Shown: positions 9,254-19,257 of the stretch, one piece after another
Position numbering within the stretch: position 1 is the stretch's first letter
Layout of the letters: each line of letters starts with the position of its first letter
NCBI GenBank assembly: GCA_000434935.1
Contig: FR882195.1
Location: 32,326 to 96,325, forward strand
Origin: Bacteroides sp. CAG:709
GTDB taxonomy: Bacteria; Bacteroidota; Bacteroidia; Bacteroidales; UBA932
DNA length: 64,000 nt
Direction: 5' to 3'
Program-made: the position numbers and the translations under genes
The notes under the pieces: generated by a model
Seen by the model: only the letters and a program-made list of their open reading frames with translations
Database searches by the model: none
What the model was told of the DNA's origin: nothing

Positions 9254-9733
9254 ATGGAAAAAATTATGGAAGAACCGATATTGAATGCCCATAACAAGGC
9301 TGAATACGAGCCGGCGCATACCGCAGAACATATCCTTAACCGCACGATGGTCAACATGTTCGGATGCCCGCGTTCGCGCAATGCCCATGTCGAGCGGAAG
9401 AAAAGCAAATGCGACTATATCCTTGACACCTGCCCTACGGACGAGCAGGTCGCTGCAATAGAGACGAAGGTCAATGAAATTATCAATGCAGCATTGCCCG
9501 TGACGATACATTTCGTTTCGAAAGAAGATGCCGCCGGGATTGTGGATCTGAGCAAGTTGCCTGATGATGCCTCTGATACTTTACGCATTGTCAGCATTGG
9601 AGACTATGACGATTGCGCGTGCATCGGCGCTCATGTATCGGACACCTCGGAAGTCGGCGAATTCAAGATAATCAGTCATGACTTCAACGATGGAATCTGG
9701 CGGGTCCGCTGGAAAGTCATCTCTTGCAGATAA
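9254..9733 (+). CDS. alaX: AlaX-S-like tRNA editing protein (alanyl-tRNA synthetase editing-domain homologue; Ser-tRNA(Ala) deacylase)
   Basis: 159 aa with the zinc-binding motifs 'HTAEH' and 'CIGAH' typical of the AlaRS/ThrRS second additional domain. Confidence 0.55.
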   Translation: MEKIMEEPILNAHNKAEYEPAHTAEHILNRTMVNMFGCPRSRNAHVERKKSKCDYILDTCPTDEQVAAIETKVNEIINAALPVTIHFVSKEDAAGIVDLSKLPDDASDTLRIVSIGDYDDCACIGAHVSDTSEVGEFKIISHDFNDGIWRVRWKVISCR

Positions 9734-9799
9734 ATGCTTTGTTCTTTAATTGATATTTTATACTTTTGTGTAAATATTTAAAATAGCATTTTAATAATT

Positions 9800-11080
9800 G
9801 TGGTTAATAAAGCATTACTTAAACAGATTCTTCTGGACAATCGTCGTGAAATCGAAAGTTACAATATAGTCCACAGAGACATTGAAACTGAGGGCTATGG
9901 CTGTTATGTGTTTGTCGGTGTGAGAAGAGCCGGCAAATCATTTGTTCTCTTTGAACGGATTCAACAGTTGTTGCGTGAAGGGCATAATTGGGATGAAATG
10001 CTTTATTTAAGTTTCGAGGATGAACGGTTGATCGGCTTTGATTATGAAGACTTCAATTCGATCATTGAATGCCATATTGAAATGACCGGAAAGGATAATC
10101 CGATGCTGTTCCTTGATGAGATACACAATATTGACGGGTGGGAAAAGTTTGCGAGGCGTATGGCCGACAGCAAACGGACCGTTTGGATTACCGGTTCAAA
10201 TGCCAAGATGCTTTCAAAAGAGATAATGACAACTCTTGGAGGCCGTTATATACCAATAGAGGTTTATCCATATAGTTTCACAGAATATCTCCGTTCGCGA
10301 AATATTCCTTATGATGACAATACTTTGATGAGTACTGCAGGAAAGTCCATCTTTTTGCGGGAATACGCAGAGTACATGAACTGGGGAGGATTGCCGGAGA
10401 GTGTTCTGTTGACGGTAAAAAGGGGATACATGAGTTCAGTATATCAGAAGATATATCTTGGAGACATTTGTGCGCGTAACAAAATCAGCAATCCGAACCT
10501 CCTGCGTCTTATGGTCAAGAAGATGGCTGAAAGTGTGAAACAACCATTGTCTTATTCGAGACTCTGTAAAGTTTTGTCCGGAATAGGCGGCAAAATAACC
10601 ATTCCAACAACCAGCAATTATATCGGGCATTGTGAAGATGCGTGGCTTTTGTTGCGGCTACGTAACATAAATGCCGCATTTGCGGAACGCGAAACTAACT
10701 GCAAATATTATTTCATTGATAATGGATTACTTAGCCTTCTTCTTGTGGATCCGACAACTACTTTATTGGAAAACATGGTTGCCGTTGCTCTTTTCCGCAA
10801 ATATGGAAATGACTGCGATAATGAGCGCGTCTTTTTCTATAACCATAATGTTGAGGTTGACTTCTATATCCCAGAAGAAGAATTGGCAATACAGGTTTCT
10901 TATTCCATCGACAAATCGGATGTGACCTTGAACCGTGAAGTTGACGCCTTGCAGAAACTGCCGAAAGCATTACCGTGCAAACGCAGATTGATAATAACAT
11001 ATGATGACAGGAGAACCTTGAATGACGACTATGGTACAATCGAAGTGATGCCTTGCTGGGACTGGCTGATCAACTTTTAG
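9800..11080 (+). CDS. Second AAA-family ATPase with DUF4143 / PD-(D/E)xK-like C-terminal domain (paralog of 7456..8655)
   Basis: Walker A 'GVRRAGKS' and Walker B 'LFLDEIH'. The C-terminal motif is 'VEVDFYIPEEELAIQVSYS'. GTG start at 9800; the frame opens at 9782 with no ATG available. Confidence 0.7.
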   Translation: MVNKALLKQILLDNRREIESYNIVHRDIETEGYGCYVFVGVRRAGKSFVLFERIQQLLREGHNWDEMLYLSFEDERLIGFDYEDFNSIIECHIEMTGKDNPMLFLDEIHNIDGWEKFARRMADSKRTVWITGSNAKMLSKEIMTTLGGRYIPIEVYPYSFTEYLRSRNIPYDDNTLMSTAGKSIFLREYAEYMNWGGLPESVLLTVKRGYMSSVYQKIYLGDICARNKISNPNLLRLMVKKMAESVKQPLSYSRLCKVLSGIGGKITIPTTSNYIGHCEDAWLLLRLRNINAAFAERETNCKYYFIDNGLLSLLLVDPTTTLLENMVAVALFRKYGNDCDNERVFFYNHNVEVDFYIPEEELAIQVSYSIDKSDVTLNREVDALQKLPKALPCKRRLIITYDDRRTLNDDYGTIEVMPCWDWLINF

Positions 11081-11933
11081 ATGCGCTTTCTGACGATGGG
11101 TTCTTCTGCAATCTCCAGGCGCGGGGCGTAAGGCCGGTGTGCAGGCGGAAATAGCGGGTGAAGAATGAGGCATCGCAGAAATTGTAGTCCCAGGCAAGCT
11201 GCTTGAGGGACTTGCCGGAGCCGGAAAGCTCCTGCTTGAGCTTGAGGATGACATAGTGGTCGATCAGAGTCTTGGCGCTGTTGTCCGTAATCTCTTTCGT
11301 GATGATATTCAGGTACTTGGACGATATGTTCAACTGGCCGGCATACCAGTTTACATCACGGAAACGCCTATAATTCAACTCTATCAGTTTCATGAACAAA
11401 TTGAACAAATCTCGCTTTCGCTTGGAAGACGAGGATGGCGGAACCATGTCCGGAAATCTGGAAATATAATCATGGAAACCTATGAAAAAGGCCTTCAGCT
11501 GGCATAGGACGAGCCTGTCCAGACACTTGCATGTGCTCTGGCGAAAATATAAGCCGAGTAATGTGAACATCGACCTGACAATATCGGAAACCACCTGGGA
11601 ATCGCTGCGGCACCTGTCCTCACGCAACTTGTCATAGATGCTGTGCTCGATATCCAGACTCGCCTCACGCAAAATGTTCGGACTATAAACCAGCATGTCG
11701 ACAATGAAATCGGAAGACTGTCTGCTGACCGAAATCACATCTCCAGGGAATATGGTGATGACACCGCCGTCCGGAAGATCCCATGCATGATAATTGACAT
11801 TGATGACGGCGCTGCCGCGACGGCACAATATGATCATTCCGTTCTCGGAAAGCATATCACCATTGGCGGTGTTGATATCCGACACACCCCCGATAAGTTC
11901 CGCTGTCATTTTTCCACTGATGATGCTGTCCAT
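11070..11933 (-). CDS. AraC-family transcriptional regulator (divergent from the efflux operon)
   Basis: C-terminal AraC HTH 'FFTRYFRLHTGLTPRAWRL'. Its 3' end overlaps the convergent ATPase gene by 11 nt. Confidence 0.7.
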   Translation of the reverse strand: MDSIISGKMTAELIGGVSDINTANGDMLSENGMIILCRRGSAVINVNYHAWDLPDGGVITIFPGDVISVSRQSSDFIVDMLVYSPNILREASLDIEHSIYDKLREDRCRSDSQVVSDIVRSMFTLLGLYFRQSTCKCLDRLVLCQLKAFFIGFHDYISRFPDMVPPSSSSKRKRDLFNLFMKLIELNYRRFRDVNWYAGQLNISSKYLNIITKEITDNSAKTLIDHYVILKLKQELSGSGKSLKQLAWDYNFCDASFFTRYFRLHTGLTPRAWRLQKNPSSESASKS

Positions 11934-12047
11934 ATAATTCCATTTTGTACCGCAAATATCGGTAAAAATGTTTCAAATAGCCATAGCAATTCCGATTTGT
12001 CCCATTATTGTATCTATTTGTCCAATGCCTTTCTGCCCGGACAGCAA

Positions 12048-12055
12048 TACCTTTG
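12048..12055 (+). promoter_or_regulatory. Candidate Bacteroides -7 promoter element (TACCTTTG) for the tolC-hlyD-MFS operon
   Basis: Matches the TAnnTTTG consensus 21 nt upstream of the ATG at 12076. Confidence 0.3.
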
Positions 12056-12189
12056 CAATCGAAAATCAAAGAAAAATGAAAAAAAGAATCATCGCGACAG
12101 AATCAGCTGTCGCAGTTTTTTTGTCAATGCTGCTGTGCGCAAGCCCCCGGGCGTGAGCTGCCGAAAGGGGAGACACCCTGCGACTTACA

Positions 12190-13413
12190 TTGACAGACGT
12201 GTTCACGAAAATTGAAACCGAAAACCGGACGATGACCATGCTCCGCTCGGCTCAGGAAGCCGCCGAGGAAGGAATAAGGTCCGCTAAGGACGCGAAATTT
12301 CCGGAAATCAATGCAGATCTGAACGTCAGCTATATCGGCGACGGCTTCCTGACTGACAGGAACTTCTCGAATTTTACAAAAGCCCCGTCACCTCACTTCG
12401 GGAACGGATTCACACTGGAAGCCCAGCAGGTCATCTATGCCGGTGGCGCTGTCAATGCCGCAGTGAAGATGGCGGAACATGAAGGACGCATGTCGGAAGC
12501 CGTAATCGGCCAGAGCCGTCAGGGACTGCGACTTATGGTTGCCGGAGAATACCTGGACCTTTTCAGGACCGACAACAGCATAAAAGTATACGAAAAGAAC
12601 ATTGCATTGACCACTAGGCTGATAGAGGAAATCAACGCAAAAAGGGAACAGGGCCTGGCATTGGCTGCCGATGTCACGCGATATGAACTCAGGCTGGAAA
12701 TGCTGAAACTGGACCTTGTCAGACTCCGGAACACGAGGGAAATCATGAATTACCGGCTGGTCAATTCATTGGGATTGCCAGAAGACACGATAATCCTGTC
12801 GGAACTGGGAAATGGAGAAGATTTACGCGACCGGACCCGGCAGAATTGGCAGGAAATCGCCGCGGACGCCTCTCCTGAAATGAAAATGTCGGGAATCAAT
12901 GCTGATATGGCATTGACCAGACAGAAACTTGTGCGCAGCGAAAGGCTGCCGAAGATAGCGGTCGTGGCATACGAAAATTTCAACGGGCCGATCACCTTCG
13001 AGATTCCTCCCGTCGACAAGAACCTGAATATCTGGTATGTAGGGATTGGAATCCGATACAATTTCAGTTCGCTCTACAAATCAGGACATAAGTTGAAGCA
13101 GGCGGAAATCGCTGTCCGTCAGGCACAACAGGCCAAGAACGTCACGGAAGAAAACCTCCGGAACAATGTCCAGAAGGCCTATGCCGACTATATGCAGTCA
13201 TACGTGGAGCTGGAAACCAGCGAAAAAAGTCTGCAACTCGCGGATGAAAACTATGAGCGGGTACACGACAGATACATGGAACAGCTTGTCCTTGTGACAG
13301 ATATGCTGGATGCATTCAACATGAAACTCGAAGCGGAACTGGGCGTGTCCGCGGCCGAAGCTGGAATCCAATATCGCCTCTGCTGCCTCAGATATGCGGC
13401 CGGCATATTGTAA
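12190..13413 (+). CDS. TolC-family outer-membrane efflux protein. The intact ORF lacks a signal peptide; the signal-peptide segment (12076..12153) is in the same frame but cut off by an in-frame TGA at 12154-12156.
   Basis: TolC-like coiled-coil/beta-barrel repeats. The upstream same-frame ORF encodes MKKRIIATESAVAVFLSMLLCASPRA* (a signal peptide). Confidence 0.7.
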   Translation: MTDVFTKIETENRTMTMLRSAQEAAEEGIRSAKDAKFPEINADLNVSYIGDGFLTDRNFSNFTKAPSPHFGNGFTLEAQQVIYAGGAVNAAVKMAEHEGRMSEAVIGQSRQGLRLMVAGEYLDLFRTDNSIKVYEKNIALTTRLIEEINAKREQGLALAADVTRYELRLEMLKLDLVRLRNTREIMNYRLVNSLGLPEDTIILSELGNGEDLRDRTRQNWQEIAADASPEMKMSGINADMALTRQKLVRSERLPKIAVVAYENFNGPITFEIPPVDKNLNIWYVGIGIRYNFSSLYKSGHKLKQAEIAVRQAQQAKNVTEENLRNNVQKAYADYMQSYVELETSEKSLQLADENYERVHDRYMEQLVLVTDMLDAFNMKLEAELGVSAAEAGIQYRLCCLRYAAGIL

Positions 13414-13417
13414 GTCA

Positions 13418-14476
13418 ATGTCAAACAATAAAATACATACAACCATGATTAGCAAGAAAACAATAAAAAGAATATACAACGTAGTTATTATCCTTCTTCT
13501 CCTTTGCGGAATCGGGTACGTTTGCTCCCGTTTCGTGCATCTGGGAAAAGTGGAATATACGGACGATGCGCGCGTGGAACGCCATATCTCACCTGTCAAT
13601 ACCAGAATCCAGGGCTTTATCAGCGAAATCCGTTTCGAAGAATATCAGCACGTCAGGAAAGGCGACACGCTTGTCATCATTGACAATACCGAATACCTTT
13701 ATATGCTGGCGCAGGCTCAGGCGGATCTCGCGCGTGCGGCTTCGGGAAAAACTGCGGACGCGGCAAGCATCAGGACGACCGCGAGCAATGTGACCGTAGC
13801 GGAAGCCGGCATGGAAGAGGCTGAAGCCAATCTTGACAATGCCCGCGACGATTACGAAAGATACAAGGCCCTGCTGGCCAAGGACGCTGTGACGAAGCAG
13901 CAGTTCGATGCCGTCGAGACGAGATACAAGGCAGCCCAGGCGCGATATGACCAAGTCAGCCGCCAGCGCAAGTCCACGGAACTTGTGGGCCATGAACTCA
14001 CCGGCAGGCTGGGACAGAGCGAGGCCAATGTGAACCTGGCCGAAGCTGCGCTTGAACTTGCGAAACTCCGTCTTTCATATACGATAATTACAGCGCCTTG
14101 CGACGGTTATGTGGGACGTAAGGACATACACGTGGGACAGCTTGTTCAGCCCGGCCAGCTTATGGCTAAAGTCGTGGAAGATGCAAATGTCTGGATTGTG
14201 GCAGATTACAGGGAAACTCAGCTGAAACATATCGCTGTCGGATCAGAGGTCAAGATAAAAGCGGATGCATTGCCGGATGCCGAGTTTGCCGGTCATGTGG
14301 AATCCATAGCCTCAGCTACCGGAACAGCATGGATGGGCGCACCTGTAAACAATGCTACCGGAAACTTCGTGAAAGTGGAGCAGAGAGTGCCGGTCCGCAT
14401 CAGGATTGACGGTACTACTGAAGAGCTGGCATCCCTCAAGGCGGGTCTCAATGTGGAAACTGAAGTGAAGTATTGA
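13418..14476 (+). CDS. HlyD/EmrA-family membrane fusion (periplasmic adaptor) protein
   Basis: N-terminal TM helix, coiled-coil region and a C-terminal beta-barrel domain. ATG at 13418 follows the TolC stop at 13411-13413. Confidence 0.7.
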   Translation: MSNNKIHTTMISKKTIKRIYNVVIILLLLCGIGYVCSRFVHLGKVEYTDDARVERHISPVNTRIQGFISEIRFEEYQHVRKGDTLVIIDNTEYLYMLAQAQADLARAASGKTADAASIRTTASNVTVAEAGMEEAEANLDNARDDYERYKALLAKDAVTKQQFDAVETRYKAAQARYDQVSRQRKSTELVGHELTGRLGQSEANVNLAEAALELAKLRLSYTIITAPCDGYVGRKDIHVGQLVQPGQLMAKVVEDANVWIVADYRETQLKHIAVGSEVKIKADALPDAEFAGHVESIASATGTAWMGAPVNNATGNFVKVEQRVPVRIRIDGTTEELASLKAGLNVETEVKY

Positions 14477-14477
14477 T

Positions 14478-16055
14478 ATGCCGATGCCTCCTATGGTGTT
14501 CTCGATGCCCATGTATCGGGAATACGTTCCTAAATCTGTCCGTCCGTGGATATATCTCTTCTTCGCCATAGTATTCCAGCTGAGCGGAGGAATATACCTG
14601 GGGACATTGTCCAATTTCATGGGTACGACATCCTTCATGCGTGAGGATGTGCTGATGATAGGACTTTGCGGCGTCGTGGGCGTCGCCATGCCTTTCCCCC
14701 TTCTGTTCAGGTTCAAGTTCCGGTTCACCAACCGTCAGCTTCTGCTCAATGCCGCACTGGGAATTGCCCTGTGCAATCTGTTGTGCATTTATGTTCGCAG
14801 CATTCCTGTCCTCTGCGTGATCTCATATGTCGCAGGTTTCCTCAAATTGTGCGGAACCTTCGAGTGCATGTCCAATATCCAGCTTTGGATGGCCCCCGGA
14901 CGCGACTTTTCCAGATTCTTTCCGTTCCTGTACATGGTGGTTGTCGGATGCATGAACATATCGTCATGGATTGCAAACCAGCTCACCTATCATTTGGGAA
15001 GCTGGATGATGATGCATTGGTTCATGATAGGGCTGCTGCTCATTGTCGCATTGACGGTATTCGTCCTGACGAGGAATGTCCGCCTGATGCCGAAAGTCCC
15101 GATGATAAGCGTGGACTGGCTCGGATGCGTCCTCTGGTCATTGGTCCTGCTCGAAAGCATCTGGATCTTTACTTACGGTGAATACTATAACTGGTTCGAT
15201 AGTAATGTCTTCCGCGCCGTATGCGTGGCGTGGCCAGTGACATTGGCGATATGTGTCGGGCGAATGCGGCATATCCGTCACCCTTACATTGACCCTGCCG
15301 CGTTCAAATACAGACAGCTCTATCCTGTGCTGGGACTTTTCCTCGTGCTCGAAGTCATGTGCGCCACCCCGAAATCGCTCCAGACCGCATTCACGTCCGC
15401 CGTGCTCGGCTATGGAGCCATGACGACCGCACGTTTCTCGCTCTGTGAACTGTTCGGCACCCTGTTCGGCTGTTCGTTTGTACTCTGGTGGATCAAGGTC
15501 GTGCCCCTGAAATATACGACCCTGCTCTCCGTCGGGTTCGCCGCCATTCTCGCTTATCAGCTGACAATGTATTTCGGGCTTTCGCCTTATGTCAATGTTG
15601 AAGTTTTCTATCTTCCGACAATGCTCAGCACGTTCGGATTCGCCATATTTTTCGCAGCTCTTACCATTTATCTTGAAGAATTCATGCCTTTCCAGCATTT
15701 CTTCACTGGGCTCACCATCTGCGGATTCATCAGAAACGGACTTATAGAGTCGATAGCCTCGGCAGGGTATGCACATGCTCTAAGATATTATACAGCAGCA
15801 TATTCCACTCATTATTTTTCATCTTCAATACCGGCCGTTCCAGACCCGTCCGTTGCCGGCTATGTGGCGAAAATGGATGCGCTGGCACCTCTTATGTCCA
15901 GTGTCAAGACCATTTTCGGCTGGTCATGTCTGATAGGCACTGCCGTGCTGCTGCTTTTCCTGCTTTATGATGTAGAACCAGTCCGCAGGACGCTCAAGAA
16001 GATGCCGTCATGGCGATCTGTCGGGATGACATTGAAGCGGTCGCTTGGAGTGTGA
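14478..16055 (+). CDS. MFS transporter, DHA2/EmrB-like 14-TMS drug efflux pump
   Basis: 525-aa highly hydrophobic protein, 1 nt after the hlyD stop. This is the canonical TolC-EmrA-EmrB operon order. Confidence 0.7.
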   Translation: MPMPPMVFSMPMYREYVPKSVRPWIYLFFAIVFQLSGGIYLGTLSNFMGTTSFMREDVLMIGLCGVVGVAMPFPLLFRFKFRFTNRQLLLNAALGIALCNLLCIYVRSIPVLCVISYVAGFLKLCGTFECMSNIQLWMAPGRDFSRFFPFLYMVVVGCMNISSWIANQLTYHLGSWMMMHWFMIGLLLIVALTVFVLTRNVRLMPKVPMISVDWLGCVLWSLVLLESIWIFTYGEYYNWFDSNVFRAVCVAWPVTLAICVGRMRHIRHPYIDPAAFKYRQLYPVLGLFLVLEVMCATPKSLQTAFTSAVLGYGAMTTARFSLCELFGTLFGCSFVLWWIKVVPLKYTTLLSVGFAAILAYQLTMYFGLSPYVNVEVFYLPTMLSTFGFAIFFAALTIYLEEFMPFQHFFTGLTICGFIRNGLIESIASAGYAHALRYYTAAYSTHYFSSSIPAVPDPSVAGYVAKMDALAPLMSSVKTIFGWSCLIGTAVLLLFLLYDVEPVRRTLKKMPSWRSVGMTLKRSLGV

Positions 16056-16128
16056 CGAACGTAGAGTTGTAAAAAATATTATGCCGTCAATGTCAATGCT
16101 TTAGAAAATATTCTTATATTTAGGCCGT

Positions 16129-19100
16129 ATGAAATGGACTAGACGAAAATTGTACAGCCTGAATGCATTGGCTGTCTTATGTTTATTGTTCCCGGCACCT
16201 GATTCCAGGGCGTCGGAAGGGGCCTTGAGGGCTGATTCACACGAAATCATTGAACAGAATACCGACCGTGTCACCGGCAAGATCATGGCAGCCGACGGGG
16301 AACCGTTGGCGGGCGCGAGCGTGATGATACGCGGGACTAAAATCGGAACCACCGCCGACGCCGACGGTAATTTCAGCATCAAGGCGCCTGAGGAAGGGGA
16401 GTCTTATGTGCTTGTGTTCCAATACCTTGGTATGCGAACCAAGGAGATTGCCGTCAGCACGCAGAGAAAACTGGACGTGAGGCTGGAAGAAGACAACCAG
16501 CTGGAGGGCTCCTTCATTGTCGGCGCATACGGAACGAAACAAAGCAGGGAAGACCTGATAGGTAGTGCGTTCCAGGTCAATGCCGACCAACTGAAGGACA
16601 AACCGAAGACACGCATTGACAATCTCCTCAGCGGACTCGTGCCGGGCATGACCATTGAACCGAACACGGATGCTGCCGGCACGACCAGGAGCCGGTACGA
16701 AACGCGAATCCGGGGAGAAGCCTCGTTGAGCGCGTCCAATGAACCGCTTTGGGTCATCGACGGCGTGCCTGTCTACACAGGAGGCCGTACGAACCAGATG
16801 GCCGGAACTTCATATACCGTTTCTCCGCTGTCGTATCTGAATCCTGATGATATTGAATCGATTACGGTCCTGAAAGATGCCGACCAGGTTACCATTTACG
16901 GTGCCGACGGCTCCAACGGAGTGATCCTCGTGACCACGAAGTCCGGCGCGAAGAACAAACCGCTGGCAGTGAGCGCACGCGTGAATTTCGGCGTCGCCAC
17001 CATCGACAAGAGCACCGAATTCCGCATGATGAGCCAGAAACAGTATCTGGAGGTCGCGAAGGAGGCTTGGGCCAATGCCGGCAAGAATCTCAGTACTTTC
17101 CCGTATCAGGACAATGAATATAACTCATATTCCACGACCGATACCGACTGGTCCAAAGAATATCTCGGCGTAGGAACGAACCTGTATGCGGACGTGTCGC
17201 TTACGAGCGGTACGGACAAGATGTCCAATTATGTGACAGGTTCCTACTACCGCACTAACAATACCGTGAAAGGGGACAGCCAGCAGCGTTTCTCAATCAG
17301 GACCAGGAACACGTATGACTTTACCGGCTGGCTGAAAGTCAATGCCCAGCTGTCCGCGTCATACAACAACAATGATTTGTTTCCTCTCTACAGGGGCTAT
17401 CTCGAAACATTGCCTATTCTGGAACCTTATATGAGCGACGGGTCTTTCCGTCTGTACAACAAGGTGTACGACGCCAAGGAAGGCGGGTGGACAATGCAGA
17501 AATTCACGAAAAATGAAGTCCCTGAACGGGAGGCCAATACCAACCGGCAGCGCTCCGTGGTTACATCCGCCAACTTCTCTGCTGAGATGAAAATCATTGA
17601 CGGACTGAAATTTACGGCCCAATACGCCATTGATTACACCCATAGCCACGAGGATGTTTATTATTCCCGCGTGACACTCGACGGCATGGATTCTGCCGGA
17701 AATCCCAAGGGCAGTTCCAGAAGGGCGGACGCTTCATATATAAACTGGACCAATGTCGAGAGGCTCAATTTCGACAGGAAATTTGCGGACAAACACAGTG
17801 TCAGCGCCTATGCCGGCATTGAACTCCGTCAGGTGAAATATCAGACATTGTACGCGACCGGCAGCGGCTTCATGAACGACAATATCCAAGAGGTCGGATA
17901 TGCCGACGAATCTTCCAGGAAAGGCTACAGTTCATCCAATATCGAAAGGAAGATGTCTTTCCTCGGCAGAGCTGTATATTCGTATGATTCAAGATATTAC
18001 GTCTCGTTCAATATCAGGCGTGACGGCAACTCCGACTTCGGCGAATACTCCCGCTGGTCCAATTTCTGGTCCACAGGAGTGTCATGGAACGCGCACAAGG
18101 AAAAATTCTTCCGCAGCGAGCTGGTCAAGATGCTGAAATTCAAGGCCTCCTTCGGATTTACCGGCAACTCGCGCGTCGACACGTCAGGCGCTGACGGCAC
18201 ATACGTTTACGGCAGCAGCTATTCCTATGCCGGCAGCACCGGTGCGGTCATCGGTTCCGTTCCGAATCCGGGGCTCTCGTGGGAGAAGACCAGGATGATC
18301 AATGCCGGTGTACGTATTGAACTCAAGAAGATTCTTGACATTGAACTGGAATATTATGACAATGTCACCAGCGACATGTTGTCCAAGATCTATGTTTCGC
18401 GCGTATTGTCCTCCGACAGAATATCTTCCAATATCGGAAGGATGAGGAACACCGGCATTGAACTGAACCTCACCAGCACCAATTTCGCCCGCAGGAACTT
18501 CACTTGGACTACGAATTTCAACATTGCGCACAACTCGAACAAGATTCTCGAATTGTACAACGGCGTCCCGACCAGTTTCGGCTCTTATGCCTGGATGGAA
18601 GGCTATGATTCCCAGACCTGGAACCTTGTCAGATGGGCAGGCGTGGACCCGAGCGACGGTTCTCCGATGTGGTACGACAAGAACGGCAACGTCACCCGTA
18701 CATTCAGCACCGCGAACCGCGTCCCGGGCAAGACCCGGACACCTCTTCTGAGCGGCGGCCTTGTGAACAATCTCAGCTGGAAAAACTGGACTTTCTCGTT
18801 CCAGATCAATTATCTGATAGGTGGTTACGCATTGCCGACCTATGCAAGCATCTATTTCAAGGACGGATATGACATCGTCAGCGCGAACCAGGCCGTGGAA
18901 GTCTATAAATACAGATGGACTACCGCCGGCGTGCCTGCCAAGTTCCCTAAGGTGTCCAATCTTTCCACGAAGTCGTCGATGAACTCCACCAGGTTCCTGT
19001 ACAACAGGACCAACTTCGACCTGACCAATGTCGCATTGACATACAGCCTGCCGGAGAGCCTGTTGGCGAAAATGCGTCTGAAAAGCGCTTCGGCCTCGCT

Positions 19101-19224
19101 GATAATCGACAATCTCTATTTGTTCACGCCTGACCAGAAAAAGGGCCTGAACTCCTATAAGACAATGATGTACGGCTATCCCCGCACAAGAACATTGACC
19201 CTCGGCATCAATGTCGGCTTCTAG
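16129..19224 (+). CDS. SusC/RagA-family TonB-dependent outer-membrane receptor
   Basis: 1031 aa with a signal peptide, an N-terminal carboxypeptidase-regulatory-like domain, a TonB plug and barrel motifs. Followed immediately by SusD. Confidence 0.85.
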   Translation: MKWTRRKLYSLNALAVLCLLFPAPDSRASEGALRADSHEIIEQNTDRVTGKIMAADGEPLAGASVMIRGTKIGTTADADGNFSIKAPEEGESYVLVFQYLGMRTKEIAVSTQRKLDVRLEEDNQLEGSFIVGAYGTKQSREDLIGSAFQVNADQLKDKPKTRIDNLLSGLVPGMTIEPNTDAAGTTRSRYETRIRGEASLSASNEPLWVIDGVPVYTGGRTNQMAGTSYTVSPLSYLNPDDIESITVLKDADQVTIYGADGSNGVILVTTKSGAKNKPLAVSARVNFGVATIDKSTEFRMMSQKQYLEVAKEAWANAGKNLSTFPYQDNEYNSYSTTDTDWSKEYLGVGTNLYADVSLTSGTDKMSNYVTGSYYRTNNTVKGDSQQRFSIRTRNTYDFTGWLKVNAQLSASYNNNDLFPLYRGYLETLPILEPYMSDGSFRLYNKVYDAKEGGWTMQKFTKNEVPEREANTNRQRSVVTSANFSAEMKIIDGLKFTAQYAIDYTHSHEDVYYSRVTLDGMDSAGNPKGSSRRADASYINWTNVERLNFDRKFADKHSVSAYAGIELRQVKYQTLYATGSGFMNDNIQEVGYADESSRKGYSSSNIERKMSFLGRAVYSYDSRYYVSFNIRRDGNSDFGEYSRWSNFWSTGVSWNAHKEKFFRSELVKMLKFKASFGFTGNSRVDTSGADGTYVYGSSYSYAGSTGAVIGSVPNPGLSWEKTRMINAGVRIELKKILDIELEYYDNVTSDMLSKIYVSRVLSSDRISSNIGRMRNTGIELNLTSTNFARRNFTWTTNFNIAHNSNKILELYNGVPTSFGSYAWMEGYDSQTWNLVRWAGVDPSDGSPMWYDKNGNVTRTFSTANRVPGKTRTPLLSGGLVNNLSWKNWTFSFQINYLIGGYALPTYASIYFKDGYDIVSANQAVEVYKYRWTTAGVPAKFPKVSNLSTKSSMNSTRFLYNRTNFDLTNVALTYSLPESLLAKMRLKSASASLIIDNLYLFTPDQKKGLNSYKTMMYGYPRTRTLTLGINVGF

Positions 19225-19257
19225 GTCAATGCCGGTATCATCAATATACATGAAGTT

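Noticed and set aside
10970-11254. 94-aa Ser/Pro-rich minus-strand ORF overlapping the AraC and ATPase genes
   Set aside because: Low-complexity shadow ORF overlapping two well-supported genes.
12154-12156. TGA in TolC read as selenocysteine or programmed readthrough
   Set aside because: It sits in a signal-peptide/mature junction where Sec has no role. No SECIS-like hairpin is visible immediately downstream. A TGG-to-TGA mutation or base-call error is far more plausible.
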